DNA of 64,000 nt, from the NCBI RefSeq assembly GCF_964204645.1, contig NC_134027.1:12556485-12620484 (forward strand), read 5' to 3'. The notes beneath the pieces were generated by a model. It was not told the DNA's origin, ran no database searches, and saw only the letters and a list, made by a program, of their open reading frames with translations. Within the stretch, counting starts at the first letter, position 1. Every line of letters begins with the position of its first letter. A program made the position numbers and the translations under genes. Positions 1-12,000 of the stretch are shown here, piece by piece. The stretch is from Tubulanus polymorphus. Lineage: Eukaryota; Animalia; Nemertea.

Positions 1-1200
1 AAGTGGGCTAAAAATTCCCCGAATTCAAGGAGCACTCAAAATCCGTGGATCCCAATGGCTTACAATACAAGTTCAAATGTATGCAAGGTGCCACCATCTG
101 TTTTTAACCCACTTGGGACTTAAGTCCTAACATGCTACAAGTTACATGTACCAATTGATTGCCGTTACAAAATATGCATAGACACCAATATAAATAGACA
201 AATTGTATATGATTCAAAAATCAAATCCCCTAGTGGCAAGAAAAAATTTGGATGATTGCAATTCCATGTGGGGAGAGGTAGCCTATGAAAGTGCTAATAA
301 ACATCCAACTCAAAAGACTATACTTTAATTAACTGCATCAGCATTAATGCCAGTCTTAATCCCACCATAAACTTTTTTGTTTTTTCAATTCAACTATTTT
401 TTGAGGCGACTATGTCAAATGTTTTGAGTTATTAAAACGATCACCAAACACTAATTTGGATTATAAATCTATGCCAAAACAGAACTTCCATTGGATTACA
501 GAAGAGACAGTTTATGGCATTTTAAAGGGCTGAAATGACGCTCAAAGCTTCTTCCCTCAAAATGAGGGACGAAAATTAACCACTTTCGCCCCAGAAGTTA
601 TTCGGGAACAATGGCTAGATACTTAACTATTGTGACCCGAGATCTAAAACAAAATGAGAAGCATTCATTTATAAGATACAGTGGCACGTATACGCTGTAT
701 AGATTGGAAAAAGTTTTGAGACTTACGAATGCTCTAGCCCGGTAGACATAATAAGTGATAATGATAACCTACTTGCCCTAATGGAAATATACTTGTCCAG
801 GGCAGATAGACAAAGCGCCTAGATCGGACCCTGTCCAGATCTGTTCAATCGGCGATACCGACGTACCCCCAGTGCGCATGCATGATTCCACTGTAAAGCA
901 CATGTACCTTAGTGGTAGACCTACAGCGCTCCAACAACTATAAGCCACCAAGCTGAACTTCCGGACTTCGTTACTACTTAGGTAGGCAAACTCGTCTTGT
1001 ACTCACTTTGAAGTGCCCTCAAAAATGTCACCCCAAAATTTTTTTGACCAAGGTTTTCCACCTATATTTTTTCAACGCATGAAATGACCGAAAGCACCCC
1101 CTAAAATGGTGTAGAAGTATTCGGAGTACGTGGTATTTCGTAAAAAGTGCCCTTTTTTCTCATTGGACACCCCCCATGGAAAATCCTAGATCCGCCCTTG

Positions 1201-2032
1201 GTTACCTAATCGTTGGAGGTAAGCTTTTTATAATCGGATGGGCTTATACCAACGTTAAGGATGACAAGGGCCAAAACACGGTTGAAAAAAGAAACACTTC
1301 GAAAATATAGGCTACTTTCTATACACTTCAGTCGACAATTAATGGCTTAATTCACTAACATAGGTACCTTTCGAAATAATTCAATTTTATGTATGTTTCG
1401 AGCGATTAATCAACTTTATTTTGAGAAATTAATCATTTTCACCACAAATTCCGCCATTTCTCTGTATTGCATACATGTGGCATGATAGACAGGGTGACCT
1501 ACAAGGATTTATATAAATCTTCCAAGACGAAACGACAATTTCTATTTTTGATGGTTTTCCAACATATATTTCAAATCTTCGTGCTGTCCATGATAAATAA
1601 TGAAATGATAAATTCTGGATGAAGAAAAATGAGAATTAGTGTTGATTTCTTAATTTTTTCAATTTCGTCGTTTCGTTTCTTTAGTTTGTGCTGTTGTCCT
1701 GGCCTCAGTCCACAGGTGCCAGCACCCTCCACAAGTTTTCAAAATGGCCCCCGTTGAATTGACGGAAATTTACTCTCACTTTACGGCCGATTTGCACATG
1801 GATTAAGATCGTCAGTTGAGGTGTTATAGGTATCAAACAAACAACGAATCTGTTGTGCATTGATTACAACAAAAATTAGACGGATATCTGAGAAGACCAG
1901 AAAATGCCAGGCAAATTACTCATGAGTCAAAATACTCACGAAGATTTCATTGAAAAATTACCTTCCAATTCCTGACTGTGGTTTGTGAAAATATCCGATC
2001 ATGAAACTAAACCACAGACAGGTTACTGACTA
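1201..2032. mobile_element. Copy of the non-autonomous DNA transposon also found at 38197-39040 (left end truncated)
   Basis: Colinear with 38202-39040 (GTTACCTAATCGTTGG...CCACAGACAGGTTACTGACTA). Its left end abuts the end of another element (...AAATCCTAGATCCGCCCTTG). Confidence 0.8.
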
Positions 2033-2503
2033 TGGTAGAGAGTGCTGGTGTCACGCTATTTGGTGGTTGTACTTTGTTAATTCAATTTTGTTGCTACCTA
2101 TAATCTTTAACGTGCTAAAACGGTGTCAATGTTTTCTAGAAATCATCAAGGATTGAAATTTTGGGCGCGTCTCATATTTCAGGATAAAAGTACATACATG
2201 GGAACCAACTTTGTCTTTGGCAGTGTTCAGCTGTCCTGATATTATTGGACATGGAGGATGACTATCAATCATGACTTTTTTGGAAATTGGAATAACATTT
2301 GCTGGTGAATTATGCAATATTTCTCCATTGTCAAAGCCCATACTCAAGTGCGTAGTGTTATAGCTAACCCTGACCCCGATTGAAAATGCCGCCATTTTAA
2401 TTTTAAAGTCAGAGCACGTTGAACGCATCACAGACCCGGCGAGGAACATCAATACCCGCAACACCGTCCGGTGCTGCCACACATCATCTGGACGAGATTT
2501 TAC

Positions 2504-2674
2504 CTCGCTAAATTCCCCTTCACAGTATTTAGAGGCTTGTCTGATATGAAATATCTCATCCATATATGGACCGTGTTGCGTGTTAGATATCTTCAATAAG
2601 ATGCAGCCGGCCAAACCGACTAGAAAAGCCGTAATTTCGCAGCCGGCAAGAAAAACGCTACTGTGCATCGCCAT
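2504..2674 (-). CDS. ALG10: First coding exon of Dol-P-Glc:Glc2Man9GlcNAc2-PP-Dol alpha-1,2-glucosyltransferase; downstream exons not found in the window
   Basis: MAMHSSVF...hydrophobic helix...PYMDEIFHIRQASKYCEGEFSE matches the ALG10/DIE2 N-terminal motif (PYMDEIFHxxQAxxYC). 57 codons ending in a phase-0 GAG|GTAAAA donor, just before where the conserved WDPMITT motif would start. Confidence 0.9.
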
Positions 2675-2682
2675 GTTTGATA

Positions 2683-3470
2683 GCAAAAACCGTAAAGTTT
2701 TCCAAGTCTCTGTTTATAACGCATGCGCATTAGGAAGTGTTGGGGAAATCCTTTAAGTCCAGAAATTGGTCGCGTGCGCATGCGTCGCTACATGTGTATT
2801 TTTTCCTAAACTGGGTCATGTCAGAACGCTGAAACATAGAACTATAACGGAATGAACCTGCGACTGCGTGAACTTTTGCGCAGCGGGAAGGCGCAGTTTG
2901 TTTGGTCACCCACCTCCCTGGGTCACTTAAGACTCTTCATGATCCTCTTAGAGGATCATTTGTATTTTTGGGAATGACAGGTGTTCAAGTGGTCTTGCCA
3001 TAAGCTAAAAATCTAAGATATATATCGGTATATTATAAAGGATGAATGTATTTTTCTGCTACACATTCGGGATTCGAACCTAATAGCACTTAAAAGTAAA
3101 TCCTGGGGCTATCAAAGTTCATTATTTCATATTCGGGATGCTATCACTTTTTTACTCGGCAAACAATAACCCAGTGACACTTTAATCATCAAAGTTCATG
3201 TCGTAACGCTTGAAATACGATCAGTAATTTTCGGGTTTCGAATCTGATAGCGCCGCTTATAAGATGAACAGCGTAAATAAGATCAATATTTTTACGGGAT
3301 TCGAACCTAATGGAAACTACAGCGACTATTAGTCATTAAAGGTTACATGTAGCTCACATGTAGTGCCGCATGCGCAATGTGCCGATTTTTCGACTTAGAG
3401 CAATTCCAGCACTGACTAATGCGCATGCGTTAGGTAGAAACGGAGACTTGGGAAACTTTACGGTTTTTGC
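2683..3470. mobile_element. Mutator(MULE)-like non-autonomous DNA transposon
   Basis: ~115-bp imperfect TIRs (GCAAAAACCGTAAAGTTT... / ...AAACTTTACGGTTTTTGC) and an exact 9-bp TSD TGTTTGATA at 2674-2682 and 3471-3479. Confidence 0.85.
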
Positions 3471-5248
3471 TGTTTGATATATACAGTCTAATAGTAAAAC
3501 ACGGATTCGGACTTCTGTGTTGGATTCTCGCAACGCCGCCTCGCACGACGAACTGTGTGCTCCCCAACGCATGGCCGATCATTATTTTGTCGATTAAGTC
3601 ACGCAGATTGATGTAATTGTACGTCGTATTCCAGACCTAACTTGCCATTTAACTTTGTAAGGCTTAACCCTTATTGGATTTGGAACAAATGAGGCCCAGG
3701 CCTCCGATCCAACGCTACTCTGTTACTGTTTTTGCCTCACAAATGATCAAATTCAATGAATGAATTAAATTGTCATCGATCACACTGGGTGGTTGTAGGG
3801 GTCCGTATCAGAGTTGTAGATTAATGTAGAAACGATAATCTAGATTAATGTAGAAACGACAATCTATTAATCCAATGTCTCCATATACTACTATATAGAC
3901 ATTGGATTTTATCAAGATTTATTGTGAAAATATCCGATCGTAAAACTTAACCACAGACAGAGCACTGTAGTAACTGAGGAGAGGGACTCGTGTTGCGATC
4001 CGCAGGGGCTCGTATTTGATGTTTGGAGGGCGAACTGTAGCTGAGATCATCCAGTATCGGGTAAAAGTGCAGATCCGCACCTCTCGTGATTGACGCAATC
4101 TACTGAATGACAGAATCCAGGCTAAAAACTTTCTAGTGCAGATTTAAAATTAACTAATGGCAATGTACTGAATTGCTTATGACATTTTAAATCTGAAACA
4201 ATGTAATTGATTGAACCGTTTACGCGGAGAGTTGCAGATCTGCACTTTTACCCAGTATCCCACTACCTATATGATATAGTACCAAGGTCCGGATACTGGA
4301 TGATACTGGATGATTTAAGCTACAGTTCGTTCATCCTAGTCTGGTACGTAGCCGTTGTTCCCCAAACAACTTGTAGGGAACTGTAACACCGACTGGTATT
4401 CAGAATACCGTTCACCCCAAACTTTGCGGATAGATGTAAGCATTACGGATACATGATCGTTTCCTGCCATTCTGTATAGTACAGATAAACCAGAGGCACC
4501 TGTTGCATCATGGGTAAATTCATTAGAACATGGCTGATGATCGAAGATTGAATGAAATATTGCTGGTGAATTATTAGATATTTCGCTGGGCTAAACATCT
4601 ACTTTCTAATCGAGATCATAAAATAAGTCAATTCCTACGAGCCCCTGTGGATTCCTAGAGACATTCTGGGTCCGGAACCGTGATTTGTAACTCAATACAT
4701 TGTGTCAATCATGAGAGGTGCGGATCTGCACTTGAACCAAATTTTGGATTTTTGAACTTATTTCTTAGCATTTGCAATGTTTTTAGGCGTAGACGTTTAT
4801 GTCACTTAATTCTCAGCCAGAAAAAAGGACAAAGTCAGTGTCTTCAGTACCAGTGCCGGTATCCCATTCAATCTCATTCAAAGTGCTGGTAATACAATAG
4901 TGGCTTTTTTCACTACAGAAAATTAAGGTTGTGTCTAGAGGGTGGAGATGAGGGTCCAGATTGTAAGGATTAGGTTTAGTGTTGGGATATGGGTTAGGAT
5001 TAGAGTTAAGGGTTAGGGGACCATAATAGGGTAAGTAAGGGTTAGGCTTAGTCTGGATACCAGTCGTTGTTACGATAGTTTGGGGAACAACGGCTAGACT
5101 AGCCTAGGGTTAGGCTATGGTAAAAGAAATTACAATTCTGGCATGTGCCGGAGTTGCCAATGGCTCAGTTGGTGAGAGTGCTGCGCTAGCACTCATAAAT
5201 AAAGTTAACTGTGTATGTACACGGTCTGCTTTGTATAATTGTAACTAA

Positions 5249-5906
5249 GGCCACACCAAAAAAAATCCTGTTCCTCGGGCGGGCGGGGCAATCACCAAAA
5301 TGGGTAGGTCGGTAGGGAATTTTTTTTTCTTTTTATAGAAAAATAAAATTTCGGGTATTCTTCTGACAGTGGGTAGGTCACCGTAAATAATTTTTTACGG
5401 GACCAAATTTCCAGTTGAAAATATGATTAGCAGCTAGACGACCACAATAATGAAGGGAAGTTGTTTTTGTATTATATTTCACACTTGGAAACTGTTTATA
5501 AAAAGAAAAACATCAAAATCTTGAATAGGCGTATAATATATTGTATACGGTCGGAATTCCTGGAATTTTACAATCCAAGGTCGCCATCAATATCTGATTA
5601 GCAACGTTATCTGAGCACACAAGTACCATACCCAGAATAAAAATGTTAAATCCGATGTAATAAGATATTTTTATCATGTCGTCTCGGTGCCGACGACAGG
5701 ATTTCACGAAAAAGAAAAAATATTTACGAAAATGGAGAGCTTTGTAGTCGGTCGGCCACATATATAGTTTTGAAAATAGTTATTTCATCCACAATGTTGA
5801 AATAGGGTCGGTAGGCAATTTTATTTTATTTGGAAAATAATTATTTGAAATGACGAAATATCGGGTCGGTCGGGCCCGAGAAACGGGGTTTTCTTTTGGT
5901 GTGGCC
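5249..5906. mobile_element. MITE with GGCCACACCAAAA termini (Harbinger-like)
   Basis: TIR GGCCACACCAAAA / TTTTGGTGTGGCC with subterminal GGTCGGTAGG repeats. A partial inverted copy lies at ~20590-20729. Confidence 0.7.
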
Positions 5907-6087
5907 TTTCTTGCTCTTCCTTATCGTGCATACGTAATTTAATGATTCTTTACTTTTTGTCTTTTTGTGGCCACAATGGTTTAAATAGAATGCCTACTGT
6001 CATTAGTGCTCACCTATATAATAAAACACACAACTTGTCAGTACATTAGCCGGGTAAGTCTAAAACTCGTTTGTATTACAGGTTGAG

Positions 6088-9000
6088 ATGGCAGATCACG
6101 ATGACTCCACTACTGCAAAAACTCTGGGACTGTTTACCGATCTACAAACTAAACTTGAGGATGTGACAAATCAAGTGAAAGATATAAATAAAAAAGTTGA
6201 TGACGGGAAACTAAGAACAGTTAAGGTAGAGTTTCAGATTACGAATTTCTCAAATGAAGATGATTGTTCAAATGGCTTTGTTACGTTTCACATCCTTGTG
6301 AACCTAGTTTGACGTTCTGGATGTTTGAAGAAAATCTTGATCACTGATTCTACCTCGTTATTAATTTTCCAGGGAATCGGATTCTTAGAAGTGAAGCACC
6401 AGCTGTTACTCAGTTATCTAGTGAATTTAACTCATCTCATGTTGCAAAGATCATCTGGTAAATCTATACAAAATCTACAGGATATACATCATTTGATCGA
6501 AATTCGAACAGTAAGTATAGTTTTTCAATGATTGAGACAGTAGACTCTGTTTACCCCACACTTTGATCGTAATATCACGTGCCCCTGAGACTATGATACA
6601 TATTTTCTTACTCCAGTTCATCGCAATGACCCATAATGTTGACCAAAGACCCATAGATAGCATTAGCTGGTATGAAAATCTGGGTTGAATAACAATGATT
6701 CCTAGCTTTATTCACGTATTGGTTCAGTATTTTATCTTTTTATAGCCCACTTGGGACTTAAGTCCCAACGGGCTATTGCGTTCACTTTTCGTCCGTCGTC
6801 CGTCCGTCCGTAGACGGAATCCAGTTATTTTGGGAAGTTTTGAAGACGCTTCAATGTGTAATGTCTTGATATTTGGGTTACACATGTATCTACCCTAGAC
6901 ACATCTTCAGCCCAAAAACTGGCCCTGTCAGAATCAAGATGGCTGACTGGCAGCCATTTTTGTTCGCTAAAATCAGCACTTTTTACACATTTTTGAACTT
7001 TTTGAGGGAAATTTTGAAGACGCTACGATCAATTACCTTGATGTTTCGTATATATTTGATTCCCCCAAGGGCCCATCAGCTTAAGAAAAGTTGGGTTGAT
7101 CGGTCTCAAGATGGCCGTCCTATGGCCTTTTTAGAGCCTAAAAATGTGAATTTTGGCCCGAATTCTGAGTTCTGTACCTTCATACTGGTTTGCCATATCT
7201 CATTGCAATTTGTGAGGGGTATTTTTTGAAAAGGGATATTTTATACCTGAGACAGGTATCTTTGATCAGCCAATTATGACACAATTGGCGGCCATTTTTG
7301 TGTCATCAGTACTGATTCGTAGGTGGGAAAAAGTTTTTCCACATTATATTGATACCTAAGCATATTGTGTTAGCCTACCATAATCAATTGGAAAGTTGTA
7401 GCTCATAACGTGTTCTATGACTTTGGTAAGTTTCAAGTTCAATTGGTTTTTGTATATGGCCACCAGGGGGCGTTGAATAATACAATAACTTAGTATTTCT
7501 ATATTATATTTGTACCTATGCATATTTTGTTACCATGATCAATTACAAAGTTGTAGTTCATGACATGTTCTATGATTGTGGTGAGTTTCAAGGTCATTGG
7601 GTTTTGCATATGGTCACCAGGGGGCGTTGAATAGTAGAATAACTTCGCAATTCCTTATTGAATTACGGGGAAAACTGATATCCAGGATGGGTGGTCCTGT
7701 ATATAATCCAGATTAATGATGAAATGATGAGTAGAACTTATAACTTAAAGAGACTTCTGTCTTGAAGAATAGTGACTTACTGTTTCCTGAGAATTTCACT
7801 CGGGACAAATGCCCAAGCATAGATTACAATCATCCTGATTACAATGATTTGAGATGACTTAACCCTTTCGCTACGTACACGCTTGCACCGCCCCGTACGT
7901 AAGGTATTTTCCGAAAAATTCGATTTTTTTCAAATTGTTTTTAACCCCGATTTTTCGCGTTTTTATCGAAGATTATGATGTTATTTAGTGAAAATCAGTA
8001 AAAAATCATACCAACAGCCTTTTCTGTAGGGGGGGGGGCGTGTTGGGGGGGGTCAGGATGGGTTAGAAATTTTTTTTTTTCAGTTCGTCCCAAGAGTCGT
8101 CTCCGCCCAGTCCGAAATCACCCCCGTCATCTAAATCGTCATCTTCACTGTCGTCGTCGGCGTAAATCTTGCCTAAAACTTGATTAGCACTGAAAACTTT
8201 CTTTCGAGCAGCCATCTCAATCCCGCGCAAATTACCATGTGCTCAACAGGCTGACAGCACCAACTACTGACGCATTTTCGCCATCTGTTGTTTAGAAAGC
8301 TAACTATCTTGTCTTACATGCGTTTCCATACTGTTTGCTGTGTACGCGTTCGAGTTATAAATCAATAGGTGCATGACGTTTCTATAACGTCATACGCACA
8401 GCACGTGTCACTCCATATGACGTTTCCAAAACGTCACACGTAGCGAAAGGGTTAAAATGTATTTTTGCAGGATAGAACTCATAACTGACTGTCCAGTTGC
8501 GTTTGTTCTTCACTCCTAGAATATAGCTTCGTGTTTTTCATGTGCAATGAATATTGATTCTACTGTCAATCCTGCTTAGTCTGGATCTGTTTCAATCTTC
8601 ATCAATTTCTTTTTACGTACATTTAGGCCTACTTCTTAAACATTTATCGCAAAAAATCAGGGTCTCCAGTCGTTGGTTTTAGGTGTCGTCGCTTGAGGCA
8701 CACCCCATGGAGATTCCTAAAACCAGACACCTTAAGGGAAAACCAAACACATGTGAAGGGTCTTCAATCTTGGTTTAAGGGGTCCTCATTTTAGGCACAA
8801 CCATACATTTCATGTACCTCAGAGAGAATTTAATTGGTCCTGTGAGATCTGAGGCATGTGGCAGAGTCTACTGTAAATGATTTAGGACAGGAAACCATTA
8901 TTACAATCTACAATAAGACAAGTCATCAGTGTTTTTGGTATGTTTTAGGTTCTTGAAAGAATTCGACCGATAGATCAAAAGCTAAAATATCAAATCGATA

Positions 9001-12000
9001 AACTGGTAAAAACTGCTATAACTGGAAGCATGAGTAAGTTCACTGATTTGCAAAACCGTATTTAGATAGGCCTAGATTAGATCAGAATCCATAAAAAGTT
9101 TCTTTACAATTGCAATTTCTATCGTGATTTCAGATGAAAATGATCCGTTGCGCTTTAAACCGAATCCTAATAATTTAGTCAGCAAAGTAAGTATATTATA
9201 TATATTATTTTATACATGAACATTAACTGTGTAAATGAAGATAAAATCGCTAAATGCAGTAATATATACTAATATAAACCAACTTGTAGTAGGCATTTTA
9301 AATGAGTTGAGCTTGAAAATTTTCTAAAAATAAAGATAATCCTTTCAACAGAATTTTCAATTTGATTTGTTACGTAGTTGAATGATGAAGACTCAGAAAG
9401 TGATACCGATGAGGATGAGGACATCAAGTCAAATAGATCCAAAATTTATTTGCCGCCCAAATTAGCAGCAGTTTACTACGGTGAGTTGAATGCCACTGTA
9501 ATGTAGAGATGCCATTAAATGGCTTGTAAAATATTTCATTTCTTTACATCACTAGATGGAGACATGACTGTGAAGGATCGTATGAACATGAAGTTAGACA
9601 AAGCCAAAAAACGTGCTCTGAGTAGTAGTATAATGCAGGAATTACGTGAAGAATATGATACTGCTCCAAGAGAGATTAAGGTAGAAAATAGCGCATGAAT
9701 AGTCAAAGCGACAGTTACCTTTGATGTAACATGAACAGTGTATGTTGTTTTAAGCCCTCTTGGCTAGTTTACAGGTTCAGATTCTTAGATGGATGATACG
9801 CATTGTATTTCGAAGTAAAAACAGTGTTGCCCTTTGATAACTGGTGACAAAAATTTTCTAGTGTCCCCCTGCTTAGAACAGTACTCACGTTTTTAGCCCA
9901 CTTGGGACTTCACTTCTCGTCCGTTGTCCGTCCCTTCATCCATCTGTAGACAGATCTACCCTAGACACATCTTCAGCCCAAAAACTGGCCCTGTCAGATT
10001 CAAGATGGCCAACTGGCAGCATTTGTTATTCGCCAAAATCAGCACTTTTACATATTTTCGAAGTTTTCAAGGGAAATTTTGAAGACGCTATGATCAATTA
10101 CCTTGATTGTGTGTATTTATTTGTATCCCCCAAGGGCCCATCAGCATGAGAAAAATTGGGTCGATCAGACTCAATGGTTGTCCTGTGACCTTTTTTGTGC
10201 CCAAAAATGTCAATTTTGACCTGAATTGTGATTCCTGTAGCTTCCTAATTGTTTGCCATTTTTCATGGCAATTTGTGATGGGTATTCTTTGGAAAGGGGA
10301 TCTCTTATACCCGAGACAGGTATATTTGATCACGCAATTATGACGCAATTGGCGGCCATCTTGGTGTCATCAGTACTCATTCGTAGGTGGAAAAAAGTTT
10401 TCCCGCATTATATTGATACTTAAGGATATTTTGTTACCACAATCAATTGAAAAATTGTAGCTCATGATATGGTCTTTGATCATGGTGAGTTTCAAGGTCA
10501 TTGGTTTTTGTATATGGCCACCAGGTGGCGTTGAACTATACAATAACTTAGTATTTCTATATTATATTTGTACCTATGCATATTTTGCTACCACAATCAA
10601 TTGGAAAGTTGGAGCTGATGACATGGTCTATGATTGTGGTGAGTTTCAAGGACATTAGCAGGGGCGGATCTAGGCCCAAATTCAAGGGGTAGCACTCATT
10701 CAAGAGGGCACCTGTCCGGATTTGTATTACCACGGCGAGGCGAGCACCGAAGGTACGAAGCCACCAAGGGGTTTAGAATCAGTTTAAAATCAAAGGCATC
10801 AAAATAGCAAAAAATGCCCTTGTCTGAATTTTAGGCAATAACAAACCACTTTTAGTATTTATTGCAATTTGAATGTGCCCCTGTTAGAATATGATAGTTA
10901 TTTAGTCATATTTTTGAGCCCTTTTCCCGACTATTTTTTGAGCCCTTTTCTGAATTTTTGATGAACGTGCCCTTTTGGCAATACAATGTGCCTTAAGGAT
11001 TTTTTTTGGCAATTTGAACGTGCCGATAGTCATTGAGTCGTGCCCTGTCAGAGCACCTCAGTACGGTAATATGATTGAATGCGCCCTCATTTTGGAGATT
11101 AATTCTGGATTTTTCTGTCCGTCCGTCTGTTCGTCCGTCGGTCTGTCCGCAGTGGTTTCCTTGCCCTAGCACCCAAACCCTTTGACAAATTTTCCTGAAA
11201 TTTAAAAACTGTGTTGTACTAGATGAGGTTAGTAACTGATTAGATTTTGGATCCTGTAGGTCCAAGGTCAAGGTCACAGGAAGTCATTTTGTAAATTTCA
11301 TTTCCGGGCTCAAACTCATAAACGGTTTAAGATAACAAGGTGAAATTTAATGGATGAGTTATCCTAGAGACTGTGGGTAACTGATTAGATTTTGGGTCCT
11401 GTAGGTCCAAGTTCAAGGTCACTGGAAGCCATTTTGTAAATTTAATTTCTGGGCTCTAACTCATAAACTATTTGAGATAACTCAGTGAAATTCTATGGAT
11501 GGGTTATCCCAGTGACCGTGGGTAACTGATTAGATTTTGGAACCTGTAGGTCAAAGGTCAAGGTCACCAGGAGCTGTTTTGTATTTTTAATTTCCGGGCT
11601 CTAACTCATGAACGATTTAAGATAACTTGCTGAAATCTTATGGATGGGTTACCCTAGAGACCTTCAGTGACTCCTTAGATGACTGCTATAGGTCTAAGGT
11701 CAAGGTTATCAACTTCTTAAGGCCAGAAGTTATTTTGCTATTTTCATTTCCGGGCTATAACTATAACTATATAAATGGTTTAAGATAACTTAAAGATATA
11801 GGCGTTTCACCTGATGTGGGAGCATCAGTCGTCTTCAGCGACATTCTAGTTCAAACTATTTTTGGAGCTCTTTTCTGAATTTTTGGCCAATTAACGTGCC
11901 CTTTTTCGCAATATAATGTGCCCTTCTTGACAATATAACATGCCCTTTTTGGCAATATAACGTGCCTTTTGGCAATTGATTCAATATAATGTACCCTTTT

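Noticed and set aside
30-56. Minus-strand WDPRILS as possible ALG10 exon 2
   Set aside because: No AG acceptor before TGG, and the following residues do not match ITTxPGLY.
2126-2503. C-terminal 125 aa of the 186-aa ALG10 ORF
   Set aside because: Read-through into the intron after the GT donor; no ALG10 similarity.
4971-5115. Telomere-like TTAGGG repeats
   Set aside because: Degenerate, short and internal; typical of repeat-element interiors.
5153-5195. tRNA-like A-box (TGGCTCAGTTGG); also B-box-like GGTTCGAATCCC on the minus strand near 15263-15274
   Set aside because: No complete cloverleaf; at most SINE-head remnants.
7716-7798. Possible intronic C/D box snoRNA (ATGATGA...CTGA)
   Set aside because: Weak terminal stem and no rRNA complementarity that I could recognise; a snoscan/Infernal search would be needed.
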